Assembly (NCBI GenBank): GCA_040219255.1
Contig: JAVJSW010000027.1
Span: 1 to 64,000, forward strand
From: Sumerlaeia bacterium
GTDB taxonomy: Bacteria; Sumerlaeota; Sumerlaeia; SLMS01; JAHLLQ01
DNA length: 64,000 bases
Reading direction: 5' to 3'
In this document: piece by piece, positions 19,603 through 30,719 of the stretch
Layout of the letters: the number at the start of each line of letters is the position of its first letter
How positions within the stretch are numbered: the stretch's first letter is position 1
Notes under the pieces: model-generated
What the model saw: the letters and a program-made list of their open reading frames with translations, nothing else
What the model was told of the DNA's origin: nothing
Databases searched by the model: none
Position numbers and translations under genes: made by a program

Positions 19603-20097
19603 TTAGGTAGCGTCCCCGCCCGCCGTCTCCGCCGCGAATCGGTCGCGCATTTTCTCCAGCGTCGCCAGCACCTTCTGATAACGCAGGAAGCCCTTGGGAT
19701 TCAGGCGGATGAAGCTCTGGAACGTCGAAGTGGCGGCGTGCAGGAACAGGGTGAAGAAGACCTCCTCGGGCACTTCGATTTGCTGGCGCGGGTCGCCCTC
19801 GATGCGGATGCCGGTAAAGGTCTTTTCGACCTGCAGGACGAAGTCGTGGTTGTCGCCGGGAAAGGGGAATTCGCCAAAGCGCTTCTCCACCGCGTCGGCC
19901 ACGGCCCGCACCACGCCTTCCCAGATCACATCGACCGCTTCGATGTGCTGGCGGCCGAGGAGAATGCGGTCGCCGTATTTGATCACCAGGCAGCCCATGA
20001 TCGGGGCGGTGTCGTCGGACAACTTGGGCACTTCCTCGATGGGGACGAATTGCCGGTGGTGTTTTAGAACGGTTTCGATTTTGAGCAGGCGGGCCAT
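19603..20097 (-). CDS. Hypothetical protein
   Basis: 164-aa ORF with ATG start, host-like codon usage and globular composition. Confidence 0.7.
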   Translation of the reverse strand: MARLLKIETVLKHHRQFVPIEEVPKLSDDTAPIMGCLVIKYGDRILLGRQHIEAVDVIWEGVVRAVADAVEKRFGEFPFPGDNHDFVLQVEKTFTGIRIEGDPRQQIEVPEEVFFTLFLHAATSTFQSFIRLNPKGFLRYQKVLATLEKMRDRFAAETAGGDAT

Positions 20098-20151
20098 GGC
20101 GGGTGGTGTCGTGCGCGGGGCGCTGAGGGGAGTAAGGTTGGCCGCGGCCCG

Positions 20152-20421
20152 TCAGACGTCGCCGACGCTCTCGATGGCGGCGCGGGCGGCGTCCTGGATG
20201 TTGCCCCACTCGGCGGCGGGATCTTTGGTCACGGTGACGAAGTCGTTGAGCAGAAAGACCTGGATGACGCCGGGGACTTTGAAGACGGCGGCGGCGAGGG
20301 GATGCTGGTCCTTATGGGCGTCCTTGAAGGAGCCCCGGCCGCGATCCTGGATCGGGGGCGAGACCGTGTACTTCATGGCGTTTTCGTTGGGCGTGGGTTC
20401 GATGGCGGTGACTTGAGGCAT
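20152..20421 (-). CDS. Nfu/NifU N-terminal scaffold domain protein
   Basis: IEPTPNENAMKY, PLAAAVFKVPGVIQVFLLNDFVTVTK and EW. Confidence 0.88.
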   Translation of the reverse strand: MPQVTAIEPTPNENAMKYTVSPPIQDRGRGSFKDAHKDQHPLAAAVFKVPGVIQVFLLNDFVTVTKDPAAEWGNIQDAARAAIESVGDV

Positions 20422-20677
20422 GGAGGGCGATCCCGGGATAAGAAATTCACCGCAGAGGCGCAGAGAGCGCAGAGGGAAGAAAGATATTGGTAAAGTATTC
20501 TTCCTGTGGCTCCCACCTCCGTGGACTTCATGCTTCAACCATCCTCAGTCCACAGGGCAGGCGCAAGGGATTGGTGGCCTTGGGGCTTGCCTTCCGGGGG
20601 GCGGGTCGGCCAATGTCCGGACCCTTCGCGCGCGTGGCGCGCGGCAGAGCCCATCCCCGAAACAGACGAACAGACCC

Positions 20678-23323
<2,646 letters not shown>

Positions 23324-23324
23324 G

Positions 23325-23471
23325 GTACCACGGCCGTCCCGGCCGTGATCGGCCACGCCTTCCAGAAAAAAAAAGAGCCACCCCCAGCTTCCGCCGCCGA
23401 GACTGGCTCTCTGAGTTCGGTGGTTGGCGTGGGATGAACGCCGCGGATCACGGGCGAGACGCCCGTGTTAC
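23325..23471. repeat. Inverted pair of REP-like palindromes between convergent genes
   Basis: GTACCACGGCCGTCCCGGCCGTGA (23325-23348) and the reverse copy TCACGGGCGAGACGCCCGTGTTAC (23448-23471), which overlaps the stop codon of the glycoside hydrolase gene. Confidence 0.8.
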
Positions 23472-25039
23472 CTTTTCTCCATCTTGATCGCATCCCCGAT
23501 CACATACTGACCCGACGACGTCCAGCACGACAGCGCAACCCGCGTCGCGTTGCCGGCGTTGAAGTTGTACGTGCCCAGCGACACCCATTGGCCGCCGTTC
23601 GTGCGTTGGTTCATGTTCTTGGTGGTCGAACCGTTCTTGTGGTACACGATGTAGGGAGCGCTGCTGGCGCGGTTGCTGCCCGAGGCCCACCGGGCGAAGA
23701 CCTCGTAGTTGCCGCCCACCGGCAGGTTCACCTTCCAGGTCGCCGCGTCGCTCGTCGAAGCCGTCGAGCGCACGCGGTAGTTCGAACCGTAGTACCCCGG
23801 CGTCGAAGAGGACGCCCACCAGTTGCCCGACGCCGACCAGCCCGCCGTGTTGTTGTCCACGATGAAGGTGGTCGGAACCTTCCAGGGCATCGCCGGCCAG
23901 GAGGCGGGCGTGCTGTAGGCGACGGAGAGCTGCGGGAAGAGGCCCAGGCCTTCCATCACGCCATGGCGGAACGGCGAGGTGCCGTCGAAACCCTTCTGGC
24001 GCGTGATGGCGATCTGGCCGTCCACGTCCACGCTGCTGATCCAGCACTTCGTCGCTACGCCCAGCAGCCGGTTGCCCGAGTAAGCCGCCAGGTGCTCGTC
24101 GCATCCGGCCGAGAAATCGCTGTTCGTGTCGCGGTAAATCTGCACGATCGCCCCGTCGCACACCCCGGCGTTCAGCCACGCGGGCCAGTCCTGATAGTTG
24201 AAGTTGATGGCGTCCGACACCCGGCCGATGGGGAAACTCAGCAGCATGTGGTTCGGGTCGATGGCGGTGATCGTGTTGTAGATCGCGCGCACCGATTCCG
24301 TCACCTGATCGCGGCGGAACTGCTGCCATTGGCTGTCGCTGGGGCTGGGGACGCCGCTCTTGCCGTACTGCGAATTGAACCGAGAAATCGCCGTCGGGTG
24401 ATAACCGAAATCCAAATCCGCCCGGCGCCAATACGTCTGCGGATAGCGGATGCGGTCGATGATGATGCCGTCCGCGTTGTAGTTCTTCATGATATCGCCG
24501 CACACATTGGCCATATAGGTCCGGGCCGCCGGAATGCCCGGGTCGAACCAGATCCCCTCGTCGTCCTGTGCCGTCGTCATGCGAGCCGGATTGCCACCGT
24601 TATAGTGATAGGTGATCCATTCCGGGTGGGTGTTGACCGGATGGTTGGCGCGCGGGTCCGTGTCCGAACCATCGGTCTGCAGCCACACGTTGACGTAGGC
24701 GAACACCTTCAGCCCCTTGGCGTGGCCGCGGGTGATGAACTCCTGCAGGACGTCGATCCCACCGGCGGCGCTGCTGCGCGGTTCGTCGTTCGGGTATTGG
24801 CTGTTGGTCTTGTTGGGGAAATAGGTCGCATCGCCACGAAAGCGCGCGTGCACCGCCACCGCGTTGAAACCGAGCCCGTCGATCTCGTCGACCCAGTTCT
24901 GGATCGCCGCCGTGTCGTTGATATCGTCGTACACCAGAATCGATGCGACGCGCATTTCCTGCGCGGAAACCGCCTGGACCAGCGATAAAGCCAGCGCCAA
25001 CGCGACGGCCTTCACGTGAACAATGGAACGGGAAAGCAT
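23468..25039 (-). CDS. Secreted glycoside hydrolase-like protein (GHL10/DUF187) with golvesin-like C-terminal CBM
   Basis: Signal peptide; GFNAVAVHARFRGDATY, HAKGLKVFAY, HPEW, DPG.PAAR and DGIIIDRIRYP; C-terminal IVDN...GNW...YEVFARW...GGQWVSLG. Confidence 0.85.
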   Translation of the reverse strand: MLSRSIVHVKAVALALALSLVQAVSAQEMRVASILVYDDINDTAAIQNWVDEIDGLGFNAVAVHARFRGDATYFPNKTNSQYPNDEPRSSAAGGIDVLQEFITRGHAKGLKVFAYVNVWLQTDGSDTDPRANHPVNTHPEWITYHYNGGNPARMTTAQDDEGIWFDPGIPAARTYMANVCGDIMKNYNADGIIIDRIRYPQTYWRRADLDFGYHPTAISRFNSQYGKSGVPSPSDSQWQQFRRDQVTESVRAIYNTITAIDPNHMLLSFPIGRVSDAINFNYQDWPAWLNAGVCDGAIVQIYRDTNSDFSAGCDEHLAAYSGNRLLGVATKCWISSVDVDGQIAITRQKGFDGTSPFRHGVMEGLGLFPQLSVAYSTPASWPAMPWKVPTTFIVDNNTAGWSASGNWWASSSTPGYYGSNYRVRSTASTSDAATWKVNLPVGGNYEVFARWASGSNRASSAPYIVYHKNGSTTKNMNQRTNGGQWVSLGTYNFNAGNATRVALSCWTSSGQYVIGDAIKMEKR

Positions 25040-25747
25040 AGAGCCTCCTATGATGTTGTGTGGAGATGTCGGAACCACGGTTCAAAAATTGGAGCGGAAT
25101 TGCCGAGAGGCGCAAACAAATTCTTGCAGCCAACAACTTTCATTGTTCGCCTTCGCCTTCCGCTCACCCTCCGTCCCGCCTCACGCAGGCCCCCCATATC
25201 GCCTGACCCCACAGCCTTTTCCCGAATTCCCAACGGTTTGCGCGCCGCTCGGAATCTTGCCTGCAACCCTTGCCATCACCCGGCACATTTTTCGCCGATT
25301 TCCGCGAACGTGTCTGCCACAGGGAGCAGCACGGAACCGGGCGAAAAAAGAATACACCGAACTGACCCACGGCGAGCGACAGCTCGAGCCTACGCACAGA
25401 GCGTCCCACTGCCCTCGCCTCCTGGAAATCCCAGGACCCCCGGCCCATCACAAAGCTCCACCCTCCCACCGAATGACAACGCAACCCCAACAACCCCAAC
25501 AATCTCTGTGCCCTCTGTGACTCTGTGGTGATTTCCCTAAAAATCTGCCTCATCCCTCGATTTCGCCTAACTCAAGAATCTCCAGCATTCCACGCTAAGC
25601 TCCTTTTGTCTGATAAGTGTATTTTGTCTTTTTTGTTCCCGAGTCTCCACATGAGGGGACAAATGGAAACTCCTGTGTTCTCCTCTCGTTCATCAGCGGC
25701 TCGGGCTCGAACCCGCCGCTCACCTGAACGATCCGGGGGAACCCGCC

Positions 25748-27238
25748 ATGAACACCGAACTGACCCGCCCCAGCCGCAACCCGGCCGAGGATTGGCGCGC
25801 TTCCATCCTCGAACCCGACGGCGGCACCCGCGCCACCCTCGCCCTCCTCGAAACCGAAGCCGCCAGCGGCCGCGGCCATCACCGCAGCGTCTACGAACTC
25901 TTCAACGAAATGGAGGAAAAAGACGGCCATCTCTACGCCGTGCTGCAAACCCGCGTCGTCGGCCTGATGGGGCTGCGGGCTCAACTGCGCCCCGGTGGAG
26001 ACGCGCCCGCCGACCGCGCCGCCGCCGATTTCGTCCGCCGCGCCCTCGATGACTTCCCCCGCTTCGAAGGCTTCCTCCGCGCCCTCTGCGACGCCCTGCC
26101 CAAGGGCTTCGCCGCCATCGAACTGATCTGGACCTACGACGCCCAAGGCCGCCTGACCATTAAGGACTGGATCGCCCATGCCCAGGAAGGCTTCGCCATG
26201 GGCACCCGGGGCGAGCTGCTGCTCCTTTCGCCCCCCTTCGCCACCGGCAGCGGCGCCCCCGAAGTCCGCCCCGCGCCGGGCCGCGCGTACCTGCCCGCGC
26301 AAAGCCATCTGCGCCCGCCGGAGCGCAAATTCGTCGTCGCCCGATTCGGCGCCGGCGCCCGCCACCCCTACGGCCGCGGCCTCTGCCAGCGCGCCTATTG
26401 GCCCTACTGGTTCAAGAAAAACTGCCTCAAATTCTGGAGCATCTATAACGAAAAATTCGGCGCCCCCACCGCCGTCGCCACCTATCCTGCCGGTACGCCG
26501 GAGGACGAGCGAAAGAAACTCCTCGAAGTCCTCGAATCCCTCGCCACCGACACCGGCGTCGTCATTCCCGAATCGGTGAAGATCGAGTTCATCGAGGCAT
26601 CCCGCTCCGGCGGATCGGGCGGCGCGGCGGCCTTTCGCGAACTGGCCGAGTACTGCAACGATGAAATCAGCAAAGTCGTCCTCGGCGCCACCCTCACCGC
26701 CAGCGAAGGCCGCCGCAGCGGCTCCCTCGCCCTCGGCAACGTCCACGAATCGGTGCGCCAGGACTACATCGAATCGGACGCCCGCTGGCTCGCCCAAATC
26801 GTCAACGGTTCCCTGGTTCGATGGCTGACGGAATTGAACTTCCCGGGGGCCAAGGTCCCCCTCTGGAGTCTCGATCCGACCCCGCCCCAGGACCTCGAAC
26901 AGCAGGTGCGAATCGACCGCGAGTTGATCGCGCTAGGTGTGCCGCTGCCGCTCGATCACTTCTACGAGCGCTACGGCCGAGCCCGTCCGAAAGACGACGG
27001 CGCCGCTCTCTCCTTCGACGATCGCAACCTGTTCGGCTACCACCTCCAGTTCGGCATCCTGACCGTCAACGAAGCCCGCCAGCGCCTCGGTCTGGCGCCC
27101 GTGCCCTGGGGCGAAAACCCCGTCCGCGACCCCCGCCTCACCCCTCAAACCCTGCCCCCCATCGCCGGAGAAACCGACCGCCACACCGCCGACCGCCAGG
27201 AAACCGAAGAACCCGAACCCGAACCCATCGGCCGATAA
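25748..27238 (+). CDS. Mu gp29-like phage portal protein (DUF935)
   Basis: ELFNEMEEKDGHLYAVLQTR, DALPKGFAAIELIW, PYGRGL...YWPYWFK, EKFGAP, CNDEISKVVLGATLT and ALGNVHESVRQD. Confidence 0.93.
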   Translation: MNTELTRPSRNPAEDWRASILEPDGGTRATLALLETEAASGRGHHRSVYELFNEMEEKDGHLYAVLQTRVVGLMGLRAQLRPGGDAPADRAAADFVRRALDDFPRFEGFLRALCDALPKGFAAIELIWTYDAQGRLTIKDWIAHAQEGFAMGTRGELLLLSPPFATGSGAPEVRPAPGRAYLPAQSHLRPPERKFVVARFGAGARHPYGRGLCQRAYWPYWFKKNCLKFWSIYNEKFGAPTAVATYPAGTPEDERKKLLEVLESLATDTGVVIPESVKIEFIEASRSGGSGGAAAFRELAEYCNDEISKVVLGATLTASEGRRSGSLALGNVHESVRQDYIESDARWLAQIVNGSLVRWLTELNFPGAKVPLWSLDPTPPQDLEQQVRIDRELIALGVPLPLDHFYERYGRARPKDDGAALSFDDRNLFGYHLQFGILTVNEARQRLGLAPVPWGENPVRDPRLTPQTLPPIAGETDRHTADRQETEEPEPEPIGR

Positions 27239-27260
27239 GAAGGTACCACGCACAAAAAAA

Positions 27261-27468
27261 GTAACACGGGCGTCCCGCCCGTGATCAGCCACCCATCGCC
27301 CACGGACACGGACTAGAGAGTCCGTGCCACATCAGGAACCGAAACAAATGTAGCGCAGGCACTCCTGCCTGCGGCCAGCCACCCATCGCCAACGAAGGAG
27401 CCCCAAAGACAAAAAGCAACTTCCCATAGTTATATCGCCATCGATCACGGCCGAGACGGCCGTGCTAC
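27261..27468. repeat. Composite REP-like palindrome cluster (spacer 1 of the head module)
   Basis: GTAACACGGGCGTCCCGCCCGTGA (27261), CACGGACTAGAGAGTCCGTGCCAC (27307), TGTAGCGCAGGCACTCCTGCCTGCG (27349) and TCACGGCCGAGACGGCCGTGCTAC (27445). Confidence 0.85.
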
Positions 27469-27502
27469 ACAGAAAACACACTTCCATCAGGATCCAAAAA
27501 CC

Positions 27503-28285
27503 ATGCCCACCCCAACCCCCGAAACCCTCGAAATCGAAGTCTTCCGCGCCGGGGATTACGGCCCGAAAGGCACATTCACCGAAGCCGATCTCGACGCCAT
27601 GGCGTCGGATTACGATCCGGCCCGCCACCACGAAGCCCCCGTCACCCTGGATCACGCCCAGAACGGCCCCGCCCAAGGCTGGGTCGGGCGAGTGCGCCGC
27701 GCCGGAGACCGTCTCCTCGCGACCCTGACCCGCCTCAGCCCCACCCTGCGCGACGCCCTCGGCGGCGGCCACTACAAGAAGCGCAGCGTCGAACTCTACC
27801 GCGCCTTCGAACCCACCGGCCGTCCCTACCTCAAGGCCGTCAGTTTCCTCGGCGCCGCCGCGCCGGAAGTCAAAGGCCTGACCGATCCGATTTTTCAGGA
27901 AGTCCTGGAAAATGAAGCCGCTACGCGCGTTCCGCAAGCCCATCCAGCCCCCGAACCGGAGGCCCCCGGCGCCGCCGACGCCAAACGACGCCTCGTCGAA
28001 AGCGGCCACTGGCGCCCCGCCTGGGAGGAGCGCGGCCTGGTCAAAGCCTTCGCTCAACTCGGCGCCGGCGACGCCCTCGAAGCCCTCGTCGGCGCCCTCC
28101 AGGACGGCCAGTCCGCCGTCGCCTTCGGCGAAACCCACAGCCACCCCGCCACCTCCGCACCCACCCTCGCCTTCCACGGCGAAGCCTCTCCCGAAAGCCT
28201 CCGCCTCCACGAACGAGCCATCGCTTTCCAAACCGAAAACCCCAATGTCACTTACGCCGAATCGCTCCTCCACATCAGCCGATAA
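27503..28285 (+). CDS. Mu-like prohead protease/scaffold protein
   Basis: IEVFRAG, TEADLDAMASDYDP..HEAPVTLDH...PAQGWV, YKKRSVELY and LKAVSFLGAAAPEVKGL; scaffold-like C-terminus LHERAIAFQ..NP.VTY.E. Confidence 0.88.
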   Translation: MPTPTPETLEIEVFRAGDYGPKGTFTEADLDAMASDYDPARHHEAPVTLDHAQNGPAQGWVGRVRRAGDRLLATLTRLSPTLRDALGGGHYKKRSVELYRAFEPTGRPYLKAVSFLGAAAPEVKGLTDPIFQEVLENEAATRVPQAHPAPEPEAPGAADAKRRLVESGHWRPAWEERGLVKAFAQLGAGDALEALVGALQDGQSAVAFGETHSHPATSAPTLAFHGEASPESLRLHERAIAFQTENPNVTYAESLLHISR

Positions 28286-28303
28286 GGTAATACAGCTAAA
28301 AAA

Positions 28304-28375
28304 GTAGCACGGGCGTCCCGCCCGTGACCAGCCACCCAAAGCCGCAACAATGTAGCGCAGGCACTCTTGCCTGCG
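28304..28375. repeat. REP-like palindromes (spacer 2 of the head module)
   Basis: GTAGCACGGGCGTCCCGCCCGTGA (28304) and TGTAGCGCAGGCACTCTTGCCTGCG (28351). Confidence 0.85.
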
Positions 28376-28439
28376 GCCCGCCACAGAATCGATCACAACA
28401 TCACTTTGTGATAACACCCTTCGACTCAAGGAGTCCATC

Positions 28440-29123
28440 ATGTCGAACTATGTCCTAGACCAAGCCTTTCGCGTGGAAGAAAGCGAAGGCGTCGCCGCCC
28501 ATCGCGCGGTTGTCCACGGCCCCGGCCCCGGCCAGTGCCAGTACCCCGCCGCCGCCAACGCGCGCCCCATCGTGGGCGTGACCACCCACGCCCAATCCCG
28601 CGCGGGGAAAGCCGTGGCCGTGCGGCGTCTCGGCATCGTGCCCGTGGAAGCCGCCAGCGCCATCGCCCTCGGCCAATCCGTCGTGGCCGCCGACGCCACC
28701 GGCCGCGTCAAAGCCGCCGCCCACGCCGCCGCCACCCTCGACACCGGCACCGCCAACGGCGGCGTCACCCTGACCGCTCGCGAACCGGGTCCGGGGGGCA
28801 ACGGCCTCGCCGTCGTCTTCGCCAACAGCGGCAACGACCAGGTTCTCGCCGCGTCCTTCGATGGCGCCACGCTGATTGTGACTCTGGCGACGGACGGCGG
28901 GGGCGACGAAACCGCCACCGCCACCGCCATCGCAGCCTTCCTGAACGCCCACGCGGTCGCCAGTCTGCTCGTCGCGGCCTCCGCCACGGGCGATGGCTCG
29001 GGCATCACGCAGGCCGACACCGCCACCCTCTCCGGCGGCGAAGTGGGCACCGGCATCTTCGCCATCGCCCAGCAAGCCGCCGCCGCGGAAGGAGATATCA
29101 TCGACGTCCTCCTCACCCCCTAA
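28440..29123 (+). CDS. Capsid cement/decoration protein (DUF2190-like) with an inserted domain
   Basis: IVGVT...AG..VAV.RLGIVPVEA..AIALGQSVVAADATGR and terminal AIAQQAAAAEGDIIDVLL, split by an insert of about 105 aa; lies between protease and capsid genes; AAGGAG RBS. Confidence 0.8.
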   Translation: MSNYVLDQAFRVEESEGVAAHRAVVHGPGPGQCQYPAAANARPIVGVTTHAQSRAGKAVAVRRLGIVPVEAASAIALGQSVVAADATGRVKAAAHAAATLDTGTANGGVTLTAREPGPGGNGLAVVFANSGNDQVLAASFDGATLIVTLATDGGGDETATATAIAAFLNAHAVASLLVAASATGDGSGITQADTATLSGGEVGTGIFAIAQQAAAAEGDIIDVLLTP

Positions 29124-29130
29124 AACCAAG

Positions 29131-29247
29131 GTAACACGGGCGTCCCGCCCGTGACCAGCCACCCCCAGCCCCCGGAACCGCCCCGCAGAGAACAGCCACT
29201 TCTCGTCGGGAAATCGCCACCGATCACGGCCGAGACGGCCGTGCTAC
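29131..29247. repeat. Inverted REP-like pair (spacer 3 of the head module)
   Basis: GTAACACGGGCGTCCCGCCCGTGA (29131) and TCACGGCCGAGACGGCCGTGCTAC (29224). Confidence 0.85.
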
Positions 29248-29307
29248 ACAGAAACCACCCTTCGGCTTATTTAGCCAAACCTACCAAACTTACCCAGGAG
29301 CAAACCC

Positions 29308-30249
29308 ATGCCTGATATCTCCACCGTTCACAACGACGTCGCCCTGACGAACGTCTCGGTCGCGTACCGCAATCCCATGCTGGCCGCGTCCCTCCTCGCG
29401 CCGGAGGTCCTCGTCCGCCGGCAAAGCAACAAGTACTTCGTGTACGATCCGCAGCGCGAGACCGCTCGCCAGACCCGCGACGACCGCGCCCCGGGCGCCG
29501 AAGCCAACGAAATCGATTTCGCCCTCTCCAGCGACTCCTACTTCTGCGGCGATCACGCCCTCGAATCGGTCATCCCCGATGAAGAACGCGACAACGCCGA
29601 CAGCCCCCTGGCCCCGGACGTGGATCGCACGGAATTCCTGACGGAGAAAATCCTCCTGAACCAGGAAATCGGGCTCGCCGAACTGCTGCGCACCGCGCCG
29701 GAGATCCCCGGCGTGACCCTGGCCGGCAACGACCAATGGAGCGACAGCGCCAATTCCGACCCCGCGGACGACATCGAAACCGCCCGCGACGCCATCGCCG
29801 GCGCCACCCAGACCGTGCCCAACACCCTGATCCTGCCCCCAGCGGTGTACCAGAAACTGCGCCACCACCCGAAAATCGCCGAGCGCGTCAAATACATCCG
29901 CCTCGGCATTCCGGGTCCGGCGGAGCTGGCCGAGTTCTTTGACGTCGAGCGCGTCATCGTGCCCCGCGCCATGGTCAACACCGCCGCCCGGGGCCAGGCC
30001 CCGGTGCTCGAGGACGTCTGGGGCAAGGACGCCTTCCTCCTCAGCGTCCCCAGCCGGCCGGGCCTGAAATCCATCGCGCCGGTCCTGACCTTTGTCTGGG
30101 CCCGCGCCGAGGGCAGCCTGCAAGGCACCAGCGTCCAGACCTGGCGCGAGGAACGGCGCAAATCGACCATGATCCGCGTGCAGAAGTACTACGACCAGAA
30201 GCTCGTCGCGCCCGCCGCGGCCTACGCGATCCGGTCGGCGGTGGCGTAG
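29308..30249 (+). CDS. Phage major capsid protein (HK97 fold, capsid E-like)
   Basis: DVALTNVSVAYRN...A..LAPEV.V, RAPG.EANEI, WSDSANSDP..DIE, PNTLIL...YQKLRHHP and DVWG; AGGAG RBS; position in the module. Confidence 0.88.
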   Translation: MPDISTVHNDVALTNVSVAYRNPMLAASLLAPEVLVRRQSNKYFVYDPQRETARQTRDDRAPGAEANEIDFALSSDSYFCGDHALESVIPDEERDNADSPLAPDVDRTEFLTEKILLNQEIGLAELLRTAPEIPGVTLAGNDQWSDSANSDPADDIETARDAIAGATQTVPNTLILPPAVYQKLRHHPKIAERVKYIRLGIPGPAELAEFFDVERVIVPRAMVNTAARGQAPVLEDVWGKDAFLLSVPSRPGLKSIAPVLTFVWARAEGSLQGTSVQTWREERRKSTMIRVQKYYDQKLVAPAAAYAIRSAVA

Positions 30250-30251
30250 CC

Positions 30252-30623
30252 ATGAGCGCCCTCACCACCACCGATCTGGCCCTCGCCCTGTCCGGCGAAA
30301 CGCTGGTGCAACTGACCGACGACGACCGCGACGGCTTTGCCGACGAGGCCGTTGTCGCCGAGGCGCTGGCCGGTGCGGAGCGGGAAATCCGCGACCGCAC
30401 CGGCATGGCCGATGGCTCGCCGCTGGTGGGCGCCCGGCGCGATGACGCGGTGGCTCTGGCCGTCGAACGGCTGTTCCACCGCCGCCGCCAGACGCTCCCC
30501 AGCGAATGGGCCATCCGCGCCGCCGGAGCCCGCCAGCGCCTGCACCGCCTGCCCCACGGCACTGCCACCAACCGCACCCCGGACGACCGCGCCACGCGGC
30601 CCGGCAATCTGAACCGATACTAA
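30252..30623 (+). CDS. Mu gp36-like head-tail adaptor (DUF1320)
   Basis: DL...LSGETLVQLTDDDRDG..DEAVVAEALAGAEREI; 2 nt after the capsid stop. Confidence 0.8.
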   Translation: MSALTTTDLALALSGETLVQLTDDDRDGFADEAVVAEALAGAEREIRDRTGMADGSPLVGARRDDAVALAVERLFHRRRQTLPSEWAIRAAGARQRLHRLPHGTATNRTPDDRATRPGNLNRY

Positions 30624-30719
30624 ATATCGGAAATCACCTTTCGACCCCTGGGCATGGAAAGCGAACGAAGCCGTTCCGCTGTTTTCATGCCCTTTCCTAA
30701 TTTTTGCAAAGGGTACAAA

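Noticed and set aside
27261-29247. Recurring palindromic repeats as a possible CRISPR array
   Set aside because: Spacing is irregular, whole genes lie between copies, orientation is mixed, and no cas genes are present. They fit REP-like elements.
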